Of a DNA stretch of 64,000 nt, positions 1-11,976 are shown in pieces (the first letter of the stretch is position 1; each line of letters begins with the position of its first letter). The translations under genes and the position numbers were made by a program. Below the pieces are notes generated by a model. The model did not search any database. It was not told the origin of the DNA and saw only the letters and a program-made list of their open reading frames with translations. The DNA is taken from the NCBI RefSeq assembly GCF_009914755.1, contig NC_060926.1; one strand, 5' to 3'. This DNA comes from the human T2T-CHM13v2.0 reference genome, Homo sapiens.

Positions 1-1357
1 TGCTTTCTGCTGCTGAAGTCACAGGGTATACCAGATGTTCACAATCCCAAGGCTCAGTTGCATGACATTCATGAGTATTTCATAAACCCCAATATTGGAA
101 GGATTCAACACCTACTGTGTTTTCTTACCTTGACTCTGGAAAAATTTTTACACATTATATTTCACTGTACTGATTTTATTTTTAAAATCTAGCTGCCTTT
201 ATTTAAATGCCACAATTCATCTTATAATGGTATTTAAGGGGCTTTTGTGGCACTGTGCCAGATTTATATTATTAGAACCTAGGCATTTGCAAATGAACCT
301 CTTTCAATTAGTGTTTCAGGAAGCAATTAAACTGTCTAAAGTGTATTAATGAATACGCTGGAATTGGGAAGCCAATCCTCCTAATATCCCCATTATTAAT
401 GCACCATCTGCTTTGCTGCCTTAGGAGCAGGCAGGATCTCTAACTTCAGGTCCACAAAACCCAATCGTTTATTCAAAAAGGTCACAGAAGCATAAGTTTG
501 TAATCAAACTCAACATTCTATAAAATATGTGAATATTATATGCAGATTAAGGACATATATTTTCCTCAGAGTTTTGTACAAATGCAAATAAAGACGCATA
601 AGGGTTCTTTCTTATTTCTTTGCATTCTATCCTATGTGTCAAAGCACTAACAGTTCTGTGAATGTATTCCTGGCTCTGATATCCCTGCTAAAAGTTTGAG
701 TGCTGTATGTACACCCTGTGATATTTGAGGATATCATTAGGATCTCCAATAAGGTTGTCGTTTTCATTAATGAAGGACGTAATTTGCTGCTGTGTTGTAG
801 CTTTTATCACAGGGAGTGGTCCAGGTGCTGCAGCATTTGCTCATGCCTCTTTCCAAGACTATGCTCAGAGTCCATCCACAGGACAGGGTTCTGGAGGAGC
901 CTATGTCTTCATGAGGTATTTCCTGCTGGCTTTGTGACTAAGAGGAGCTCAGAGGTTGCAGGGCACAGACTGGAGTAAGAGAATGTGGAAAGGCAGGGAA
1001 GACCTCATGTGTGGCACTACCTGCTCCATGCTGGACAGTTATCAAGTCACCAGGCCTCCAATAAACACACTGGCTTTGGCGATGAGTTGCTGCTGAGACA
1101 GTCAAAAGGGAAGGAGAAGACACATCCTCAGCTTTTAAAGAATCGAGAGCCTGGTAGAGGAAAGAGGACACAGGCCCAGGGAGGGGCTATAAGCTGAAGT
1201 GGGGATCACTGTGCAGTGGAGCTGCCAAGGAGGAGTTTGAGAAGGAGAACCCCATAGTATCTTGGGGATTTAGGCAAGTAGAGAGAACAGATATATTTCC
1301 TACAGAGCTCTGTACTTCTCCTACCTTAATTTTCATTGAATTTAATTTTCATTGAAT

Positions 1358-1823
1358 TGTTATGGGTTGAATTGTGTCTCCCCCAAATTCATATGTTGAA
1401 GTCCTAACCCTCATTAATTCAGAATATGACTTTATTTAGAAATTGGGTCACTGCAGATATAATGAGTTAAAAAGGCATCATCGTGGACAGGGGTGGACCC
1501 CTATTCCAATAAAACTGGTGCTTTATAAAAAAGAGAAACTTAGACACAGAAGAACCCCCACAGGGAGAATATCATGTGAAGGTGAAGGCAGGCATGGGGG
1601 GATGCAGCTGAAGCCAAGGGGCATCACACATGTCCAGCAAACCACCAGAAGATAAGAGAGAGATATGGAATAGATTATCCCTTACTGCCCTCAGAAGGAG
1701 CATGACCCTGCCCACACTTTGACCTTGAACTTTTAGCTCCAGAACTGTGAGACAATGAACTTCTGTTGTTTAAGCCACTGAGTTTGTCGTATTTTGTTTT
1801 GGCAGCTGTAGCAAACTAATGTA
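1358..1823 (+). mobile_element. MaLR solo LTR, MLT1B/C-like
   Basis: Starts TGTTATGGGTTGAATTGTGTC..CCCCAAATTCATATGTTGAAGTCCTAACCC and ends GCAGC..AGCAAACTAAT; typical MLT1 termini. Interrupts an L2 3' remnant. Confidence 0.85.
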
Positions 1824-2258
1824 AGTGGTAACATAATGAATTGTGAAATACTTGACTTATTTCCTGGATTATAAGCTATTTGAAAACAAGAACAATGTTG
1901 GTTTTGTTTATGTTTTTACTGTGAGTCCCTTGTACAATGCTGGGCTTATAATGAGCATCTAATAATTCTGGGTCAAATGATCAAATTAGCATGAGCAAGT
2001 CATAGAAGAATTTGGAAAGTTCAGGGGACAGAAAGTTATGTGGTCATCATGCTATGGAAGGGAAATTCTGGCAACCACCAGAGTGGGAGTGGAGGTCCCT
2101 TAAAAAAAAACCCTGTGGAATCTTGGGTAATCACATTCACTTCATCAGGAGACAGGGAGGGTGTAGAGAGGCCAATCTGGTCACAGACCCATTGTGTCTT
2201 CTGCTGAGTCTGTGGACATGCTGGGTTTCTCTGCACAGGGCAGGGTCTTCAATACCTG

Positions 2259-2346
2259 ATACACAGACATAGCAAACATACATACACAGACACAGCAAAC
2301 ATGCACACATGCACACACATGTGTGTGCACAGACATACATCCACAT
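2259..2346. repeat. Degenerate (CA)n/(CATA)n simple repeat
   Basis: Alternating CA-rich tract that includes the 20-bp palindrome TGCACACACATGTGTGTGCA at 2310-2329. Confidence 0.8.
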
Positions 2347-2544
2347 TGCCACCCCTGCTGACATGGGTGCCTTTGCCATTTCTTCATCCACTGATGGCTT
2401 GACTGAAAGTGTAAAGTCACAGGGATTCCCTTCATTGTGAGCAAACTGCTTCATGATTCACCTTTTATTTTAGAACTGTACATTTCAAGGTAGAAGGTAT
2501 GTTGAAGAGAGGACAAGAACATCAGGTGAGAAAGTGAGAGGGGA

Positions 2545-3110
<566 letters not shown>

Positions 3111-5069
3111 ATTTTTTCTGGAAACAATATAAAATCAACACTCCCTTCTGGATCCATATATGCTCTCCTTTTATTCTTGTCTGTGTCATACCTGGCCCTT
3201 TAAATGAGGGGGCCTCCTCATCCTCTGCCTAGCAGGTGGCACATAAAAGCTAGCTTCAGACAACAATGGTTTGCCAAGCAATTTCCCAGGTTATTTCTGT
3301 CTTGTATATTATCTATTAATCTTATTACTGTTCCCTGGTCTCCCTGATTTTTGGCTCATCCTCTTGGATCTGAACTGTTAGAACTGGTTTGCTGGCCATT
3401 GGCTCCCTACTCTGCTTCTGGCATTGCTTTTTCTCTAACATTTATATCTTCTCCAGCCACGGAACAGACCCCCCTTCCTCAAAAATTATCGCAAGAACAT
3501 ACAACAGGAATATAATACAGTCTAGCCTGGACGCATTAAGGAAAAGAACAGATAAGGTAGGGAAGAGACATCTGCTAAAAAGTGACATATCAAATGCCCC
3601 CTGTGTGGATACATTTCCTAGCTTCACTTTTATGTATGGTGCCTGTCACATGCCTAAACGTGGAATATGTAGCGTTTCCATGTTGGCGTGGCAAGCATTT
3701 ATTTTCAGTACTTACTCCACGCGTGCACTGAAGATAAACTAGCAATGAATAAGAATTCAAAAACCTTAATCTTGAGACTGTAGATGGCCTGCTCTTGCAG
3801 GCTTTATAATTGATTTGGAGGATACCATACTTATTTATGAGCAAATAATTCGCTTCCTGAGATCCGATAATTCATTAATTCTACAGTATTTTGTCTTGTC
3901 AATAGTAGGTTTACAGCAGTTTTGCAAAAAAAAAAAATGGTTTATATTATTTTCTTTTAAATAGGACTGGTTCAGGGAGAAGGCAGAGAAAGAGTAAGTA
4001 AAAATGATTTCACTTCTTCAACTTCAGTGAAACCAGTTCCGTAGATGCCAGGTCAGAAATTCCCACTAGGATATCTGAAGAGCATAGGATAACAATTCGG
4101 TCATTGTCTCTGGAAGGCCTTGGGAAAAGTACACAGTTACTCGGGGGTTATATCCTAATAGCTTCTCATTAATAGATTTGAAGGGATTAATGTTCCAGTT
4201 TGGCTGGCAACTTCAATCCCTTCTTTTCCAAATTCAATAGCATTCTCAATGATCTTCTATCCTTTAAATATCCCTCGAAATTCCACTTATTTCTACGTTC
4301 TGGGAAACCCTTGGCCTTGCAAGCTGGAGCTGTTGGTCACCCTACCTTCTTGCTCCTCCCTACCAGGATACAACTTCCAGGAAATGCCCTATTTAAGGTC
4401 AGTTTTTATCACCCCAAATACACTTGGCTTCATATTCATTGACCTGTTTCATGAGGGCTGAAGAGGAGCATGGTTGTTTGTGGATGCTTTCAAACAATTT
4501 CAGATCCCAAGGCCACCTGTTATTTGCTTATATTGGTCAGCTTTCATCTCGTATGCTCTGCACAATTCCCCAGTCCAGAAGCAGGAGCTTGTATGAGGTG
4601 GAGCTTGTACTGAACAAGGCTTATTTCACAGGTATTGATTAGAAAAATGGAAAATCAGTAACATTTACTAATTCTCAGACATTTAATTAATCCGGCATCA
4701 ATCAATCAACAAACAAGGATCTACTGAGGTCTCCTTTGGTTGGTTTTTATAAGCAGGAGCTCAGGGTGGAGGTTTGAGGGGAAAACAATGGTTTCTACTA
4801 CAGCTTTGGCACTTCCTACTAATGTGAGTTGGACATTTATTCAATCCTGCTGAGGGTGAATTTCTGTATCTCTAAAACAGAAGTAATCATATCTACATTA
4901 TAGGAAAGCTAAGAAAATTAAACAAAGACTGGTACAAATGACTAGCATCATGTCTTATAAATATTAACTAAACTTAATGAATGAACCCAGGTTTGTGCTT
5001 GGTATGAGGAAGGGCACAAAGGAAGAATGAAATATGATTCTGCAAGGTCTCGTTAGACCTGCAAGCATT

Positions 5070-6111
5070 TCACCCTCTTTTTCTAGGCATTTTTACCCAC
5101 ATCCAGAGCTTCAATTGCCATCTGCACATACAAGCTTCCCACATTGATGGCTCTAGCCCAGATCTCTCCTTAGAGCTCCTGATCCTTATGTTGAGGGTTG
5201 CTTGGATGACTGAAAAATATATTAAATCTACAGCATGCAGACAAGTCCCGTGATCTTCCCCCTCCAATATAGTTCTCATTCAGTTTCTGTACTGACATCA
5301 CCTTCCAGCCAGTTCTGAGTACCGGAAACTAGCGCAATCTTTGTCATTGTCCCTTCCTTAACCCCTACAACCATGTGATCATTGGGTCCTAGTCATCTCA
5401 TCTTCTAACTCATTCAACACCTTCCATCTCTGCCACCAGCTCCCTGGCCTAAGCTGCCAACATCTCTTTCCTAGATAACTTACTAAATGGTGTTCTCCAA
5501 TTTTTTCCAAAATTCTTGCTCTTGTTTAATCTTTTCTCAGACAGCTCCAGCATAAAACTTACAAAAGAAGACTATTTCCCTGCCTTGCTACAAAACCCTC
5601 AATGGTGCCCTATTGATCATAGAATAAAGACTAAAGACCGATATTTTTCTTAAGGTCTTGTAGACACTACTTGCCTGGACTCTACCACCCTCTGGAGCCC
5701 TGTCTCACAGCACACACACTTCTCTCCAAGTCACATGGACCATCTTCCTTCCTCCATAAAGCTTTGTGTAGTGCCGCTCCCCAAGGCAGAATTACTCTTT
5801 TTCCTTATCCTCTTCCTAAACAACTTGTTTATCCTTTCAGTTTCAATTCAAAAATTACATTGTTGGCAAAAAAAAATCATAAAGTTTTCAAAGCACCCTA
5901 TATTTATGATTTGTGAAGCATTTAAAATAGTTATTCATTTTATATTATTTGCAATTACTTAATGCCTGTGTCCTTCACCAGACTATAAGTTCTATGCAGT
6001 GTGGTCCATATCTGTTTTTGCTCACCATTATGCCATGTATCTTATTACTATCCTTGGCATATAGTAGGTACTCAATAAAAATTATTGATGGATGAGTGAG
6101 TGAATGAATGA
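5070..6111 (+). mobile_element. L2 LINE 3' portion (degraded)
   Basis: GCTTCAATTGCCATCT..CTCTAGCCCAGATCTCTCC (RT region) and L2 terminus GGCATATAGTAGGTACTCAATAAA..TGAATGAATGAA. Confidence 0.8.
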
Positions 6112-7439
6112 ACAGTAAACGTTACAAGCTATATCCTCACTAAGTGTCAAAATGTCTGACAAACAAGAGTAATGAGAAGGAAGCTATGGAGGGTGAAGAA
6201 GTTTTCCTTAATGACCAGAGAAGGGAATGATCAGGACAATGGGGCTAGGGGTAGCATTTAGATAGCTAAAGAGGCAGGGAGAGGGGCTAGGCTTTCCAGG
6301 TAGTGACACCAACAGGTAAGAAGTCTTGGAAGCTTGAATAACATTTCATATATGGAAACAGTAAAAAGATTCACAGGCTATCATAAGACAATGAAATTAA
6401 AGTCCAGTATGTGTAGCTGGTCAGTATGGAAACAGAACAGGCAGGATGCCCATTTCAAAGTCCAAAGGAAGGCACATCATTTGTCTTTATTTTGAACTAT
6501 GATTGGTGTTTCAAATGGGTGGTTTAAATTAAAGCAAAAACTGAAAGTCACCTGGATGGACAGTGATGAGCAAAAGTTCTTTTGCAGGAGAGGGACTGTC
6601 ATCTGTTTGTTTGGGTTGATACAGGCTTTTGTTTCACTCTATGGAGACAAATGACTCTATGTCTCTCCGCCAGTCACATTATTAACTGTACTGGCACTTT
6701 ATTTCTAAGTCAGGGGATAATCTGAGGCCAAGCAAAAAGGAAGCATTGAGAGGAGGCCTTGCCACAGGCTGCTGACTACCTGACATTTCAGAATGAAGAA
6801 TCATTGCCTCGAAAATATTCTGAGCACTTCTTTTATACCCCAATCAGGGAACTGTTAGAGTAAAACTCAAAGGTAAGTGTATTCAATCTGCTAGCTTGCC
6901 ACAGGAATGAGGAACTGTATTTCAAGCATTAAAATAATTAAAGCCCATTTCTATCTTGGTCACTGACAACATCAAAACAACATCTTGTGCTGCTTTCCAA
7001 ATGAACTGCAGGGAGTAAATTTTATGACATGACGAGTGTAAGCATGAATTGGGGAGGAGAAAAAAGTTATGGTGGAAATAGTCATGGCTAGAAATAATAA
7101 GACTTCAAGGGGAAGACGCAGGTGTTTTAGCAGGTGTTTAGGTGACATGGCCCAGAGCCCAGGTTGCCTATATAGACAAAGACCCAGTCAAAAAAGGAGG
7201 GTGAAAAGAAGGACTGTCAGCTACAGTGAGAAGAGTGTTGGTAGCACAATATATATCAATAGATCAAAGGTGGATTAAGGGACTGGCTGACAGCACTAAT
7301 GACATTTGAAGTTCTTTGTGTAAATAAAATCCCCATGAGCTTGGTTCCTAGAAGAAAGTATGAGTTCAGTTGACAGGATTGCTTGGGTCATGAGTGTTAT
7401 TGTAAACACCCATGCCTTTGTCCCAGAGTATGAAAGATT

Positions 7440-7790
7440 TAATATCTTTATTGCCTATTCAATATCTTTATTGATGGCTGAGATGAAGAAATCGACAACG
7501 TGCTCATCAAATATGCAGACTATACTAAGTTAGGCAGATTTGCTAATAGACATCAAATAAGACAAGAATAAACACAAGACAGGAATATAATTCTCACTGA
7601 CCTTGGCAAAATGAAGTGACTCTGCAGTGGGTCGCCTTGGGACAAGGAAAGATAAACAAGGGTTCCGAGCTCTTCACAAGCTAAATACAAACATCCTGGC
7701 AGGCAAGTCAAACTCCTTTCGCCCTCTCTCTTTTCCAGACCCTCACTAAAGTTCTGGATTATATTTTAGACACCAAACTTTAAAAAGAAT
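7440..7790 (+). mobile_element. CR1/L3 LINE fragment (RT motif remnant)
   Basis: 7503-7535 translates LIKYADYTKLG, resembling CR1 LIKFADDTKLG; preceded by TTCAATATCTTTATT. Confidence 0.7.
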
Positions 7791-7899
7791 GAGATTAACA
7801 AGAAAGGGTTCAGAAAAGCACAATGTACACATAGTCAAACAGAAGATGATGCATCACATCTTAGCATACAGAAAGTGCTTAGTAATTGTTCATTCAATA

Positions 7900-7975
7900 G
7901 AGAAAGAAGGAAGAAATGAAGGCAAGAAGGAAGGAAGAAAAGAAGGCAAAAAAGGAAGGAAGGAAAAGGAAGGGT
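7900..7975. repeat. (GGAA)n-like purine tract
   Basis: Degenerate GAAG/GGAA repeats, visible directly. Confidence 0.8.
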
Positions 7976-8142
7976 GAGATGAGAGAGAACAAATGAGACT
8001 GTTATGAGTAAAATCATTGTGACCTTTAAGGAACGAATCATTACTTGGAGAAGGAAAAAACAGGTATTCATCAAACGGAAAAAGAGACTGAACAAAATGA
8101 TTTCCCTGTGCTGCTCTAGGCTTTGACATTTTACAATTTCCC

Positions 8143-8150
8143 TGACGTCA
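8143..8150. promoter_or_regulatory. Full palindromic CRE (CREB/ATF) motif
   Basis: TGACGTCA with intact CpG, inside a small cluster of retained CpGs. Motif only; function is unknown. Confidence 0.3.
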
Positions 8151-8460
8151 TAACTGGAATTTTCTGCCATTCGGAGTAAGCGAGAATCGCATGCAAGACG
8201 TGTGTCTCTGGTTATGGAGAAGAACTGAGATCAGGCTTCATCTTCCTGTACCTCCCAAGTGTGCCTCAATTCTTTATCAGGCTCTTCAACCTTTCTTCCT
8301 GAACTTTCACACTGTGCCCACATTTTCTCAAGATCCTGAAGGTAATGCCATTTTTACTTTAGAGTTAAGAAAACCACAAGAAAGTCTTCAAATGGTTCAT
8401 CTCAGATCTAACCCAGAATTGAAGCTAAATTGAAGACAGGCTTCCATGTCCCATCTAGAA

Positions 8461-8636
8461 CAGTGGTTCTCAAACTGGGCTGCATGTGATACTCACTTGC
8501 AAAGGTTGGAAACCTGTCCAAGACCAGGCCAGGCCCAGGATGATGAAATTAGACTATCACGGAGTAGGTGTCAGGCATTAGGCTTCTCCTAAAGCTCTCT
8601 AGAGAATTCCAAGGTGCAGCCAGCTTTGAGACCACT
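8461..8636. mobile_element. MER5B-like hAT-Charlie MITE
   Basis: Terminal inverted repeats CAGTGGTTCTCAAA ... TTTGAGACCACT. Confidence 0.8.
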
Positions 8637-8784
8637 CCCTTAGAGGGTATTTGGTTATTTTTCTTTACCTCAAGATAATCCCCAGAAGAATCTGCCTCCA
8701 AAACAGCCTCCCGTAGATGCTGATGTATTTTCCTTACTTCATTAAGGAACTGGGCCAGGCTCTTCTAGTTGGATGGGACCACAG

Positions 8785-8940
8785 CAATGTTTCTCATATT
8801 TTAATGTATGTACAAAACACCTGAGGGTCTTGTTAAAATTCAGGTTCTAATTTAGGAGGCCTGAGGCAGGCTGGAGAGTCTGCATTTCTAACAAGCTCCC
8901 ACTGATACCGATGCCCCTGGTCTGTGGACACATGAATAGC
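8785..8940 (-). mobile_element. MER5A-like MITE
   Basis: CACCTGAGGGTCTTGTTAAAA..TCTGCATTTCTAACAAGCTCCCA..GATGC..CTGGTC. Confidence 0.8.
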
Positions 8941-9143
8941 TGGAGCTATCTATAACGTTAAACTTACATGAACTAATCAACATAGCCTTCCATCAACTTC
9001 AACACTCACTTGGCAACAGGCTTGATTCTAAGTTAATGGAGGCTGATGTCTTGCTCTCCTTCTTCTCTCAGAATAACGATGCATTTCTCAACCCAAAGCC
9101 GGCACAGTCAGGTGCCTTAGTAACTCCTAAGACTATCTAAAAA

Positions 9144-9305
9144 AGTGCTTCTCAACTGTAATGTGCAAGTTAAATCACCTGAGGATCTCTTTAAAATGCA
9201 GATTCTAATTCAGCAGACCTGAGATGGGGCATGAAAGTCTACATTTTTAACAAGTTCCCAGGGGATACAAATGCTACTGGTCCTAAGAACCACAGTTTGA
9301 GTAAA
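9144..9305 (-). mobile_element. MER5A-like MITE
   Basis: AGTGCTTCTCAA..AATCACCTGAGGATCT..AAAATGCAGATTCT..TAACAAGTTCCCAGG..GCTACTGGTCC. Confidence 0.8.
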
Positions 9306-9934
9306 AACAGGATCTAGGAGAAGTTTTATTGACTTCAAACATTGTGGGACCTGAATTTAGGAGTCCCCAACTCAAGAACTTTCTCTGTTCAGTTAAGCTT
9401 GGTTGGATCCTAAAACTCTGACTCTTGATATCTTTTAGGAAACAACTCCCAGGCACATAATCACCTCTGACCACAATTTCCCTGCATTGCTAGAAGCTAG
9501 ATTTTACATAGACTGGAAATTACATAAGAAAAAAGGCAATCAGACCATTCTGAGTCATGAAAGTAACCAATTTTAAAGAGGTTACTGTATCTGTGTTTGG
9601 GAACCAGCCTTATTTAGGATCTTCAGAATAAAATCCTACAGAAACTATGCACCCCCAGCCCATGATTATAGAGCTCTAGCATGGACTAAGGCTTCCCTAA
9701 TCTCAGACAGCCAGGGGAAATCAAGTATCAGGAAAGTACTGGTAAGATTCCAAGGATACACATTAATTGTTTAATGCAACTATTTGGCATTACCATCATT
9801 ATTTTCATTGCCATAAGTCTCTCTTTTTAAGGAGAAGAGAACTTAGCACTTCTAGAAATATTGGTTCTTTCCTCTCAAGACATTTAAAGACCAATTGGAA
9901 GTGCTCAAAAAGAAACAAGGACAAGCACATTGGA

Positions 9935-10130
9935 CCACATGCTTTAAGACTTGATTTCCAGCCCCAAGTCACCACTGACTGGTGCTGACAAGTTCATAAA
10001 CATGGGATAGTCTCAAATCTCCTTGAAACTGTTATCTCCTCTGCAAAGTGGGAATATTGATCATGCTTTTAATGAAGGTCAAATAAGACAATGGATATGA
10101 AAGTTCTTAGAAAAGTAAACGTACTTTGCA
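9935..10130 (+). mobile_element. MIR SINE (degraded)
   Basis: Weak MIR core: TCTCCTCTGCAAAGTGGGAATA..AAGGTCAAATAAGACAATGGATATGAAAG. Confidence 0.55.
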
Positions 10131-10519
10131 CATGTGAAAACATCCTGAGGTTTGCACAGGAAAGGCCACCAAACTTGGAATCTGCTATTCAATTTAACCA
10201 ATATTCACTGAATACCCACTGTGAGCCAGAAAACATCACAGGGATGACTTTTCCAGCTTACCTGTAAATACTGTCATATCTATATAGCTTTAGTCCTTAG
10301 GACACATCAGTCTAAAGTTATGTGGAAAAGGTTTGCTGCTTGGCAGCATCCCCAGTCACTGCCTTGGCCTTTGTGCCATAGAGGGGGACCTACTCTATTT
10401 AGTTTATGGCTGTGTGGTATGAGACTGTTGGATAAAGAGGTGAGGAGGGAAGTTGGGTTTCCCTTTTGGGCCAAGCCAAGTTAGAGTCTTCAAGCCATGA
10501 AAGGTTATCACCATGTATG

Positions 10520-10650
10520 TAGTATGGACTTTGTCATCAGACTAACATGGGTCCCAACTTCACCTTTGCTTTTGTTTAGTTTCTGTATTACTGGAATGTC
10601 ACTTACACTATTTAAGCTTCAGTTTCCTCATCTGTAACATAGGAATATTT
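10520..10650 (+). mobile_element. MIR SINE
   Basis: GACTTTGTCATCAGAC..GTCACTTA..GCTTCAGTTTCCTCATCTGTAA. Confidence 0.75.
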
Positions 10651-10830
10651 CTATTTTCTATCATTAAGAAAAATGAAGACAAGGTCTTCCAAAGAAACAA
10701 TTTACTAAGGATAACTTCCAAGGAGTATACGGAACAGCAACCTCATTCCTAACTGCTGGAATCACCAGTTTTCCAAGTTCTTTCCTGAAATTTCTGCTGT
10801 AACTACACTGGATTCAAGAAAGCATGGTTT

Positions 10831-10832
<2 letters not shown>

Positions 10833-10874
<42 letters not shown>

Positions 10875-11155
10875 AGACAGACTCTTGCTCTGTCACCCAG
10901 GCAAGAGTGCAGTGGGGCGATCTAGGCCCACTGCAACCTCCACGTCCTGGGTTCAAGCGATTCTCTTGCCTCAGCCTCCTGAGTAGCTAGGATTTTAGGC
11001 GTGTACCACCATGTCCAGCTAATTTTTGTATTTTCAGTAGAGATGGGGTCTCACCATGATGGTCAAGCTGGTCTTAAACTCCTGACCTCAAGTGATCCAC
11101 CCACCTCGGCCTCCCAAAATGCTGGGATTACAGGTGTGAGCCATGGTGTCCAGCC
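10833..11155 (-). mobile_element. AluS (Sx/Sz-like), full length
   Basis: Antisense Alu with a 41-nt pure T tract; degenerate TSD AAGAAAGCATGGTTTC / AGGAAAATATGGTTTC. Confidence 0.97.
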
Positions 11156-11609
11156 TAGGAAAATATGGTTTCTGTTGTAAGCCATGTCCTAGCCCAGTGA
11201 GGAAGCCAAAATTCTTTTTTTAATACCCTACTATATAATTTGAGAAGAGGTTATAAAATTAATAGTATTTTTCTTCCAAGAATCTCAAATTGTAAGACAG
11301 AGAGAAGAACACAAGTAAAACTCTACAAAGCATAACCCATGATAATCTAACTATAGAATGCAGCTTGCCCCTTAAGACTCCCATAATCTGGGCCCCATCC
11401 TACCTATGGGCAGGGATCCACAATCACACAGCTGTGTTCCCATTTTCAAAGTCTAAATCAAAGAGAATAAAGCTTTGAGACAGTCTACAAGTCTTCTCAA
11501 TCTCTATGGGATCTACCTTTCAAATTCTGGTTTTCCTGTCTAAAACAAATGTCTTCCACAGTTAATGTCCAATTCCTTCAGGGGACACAATGACAAGCCT
11601 TAGAGTAAT

Positions 11610-11976
11610 TGATATGGTTTGGCTGTGTCCCCACCCAAATCTCATCTTGAATTGTAGCTCCCATAATTCTGACATGTTGTGGGAGCAGTGGGAGCTAATT
11701 TAATCCTGGGGGCTGTTTCCCCCATACTGTTCTCATGGTAGTAAATAAGTCTCATGGAATCTGATGGTTTTATAAGGGGCTTTCCCTTTCACTTGACTCT
11801 CATTCTTTCTTGCCTGCCACCATGTAAGACATGACTTTGCTCCTCCTTTGCTTTCTGCCATGATTGTGAGGCCTCGTCAGCCACGCGGAACTGTGAGTCC
11901 ATGAAACCTCTTTTCATTTATAAATTACCCAGCCTCGGATATGTCTTTATGAGCAGTGTGAGAACAGACTGATACA
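11610..11976 (+). mobile_element. THE1 (THE1C-like) solo LTR
   Basis: TGATATGGTTTGGCTGTGTCCCCACCCAAATCTCATCTTGAATTGTAG ... GAGAACAGACTGATACA; 5-bp TSD GTAAT/GTCAT. Confidence 0.93.

Noticed and set aside
3226-3244. Second CTCF-like motif TGCCTAGCAGGTGGCACAT
   Set aside because: Mismatch at a highly conserved core C; too weak to call without ChIP data.
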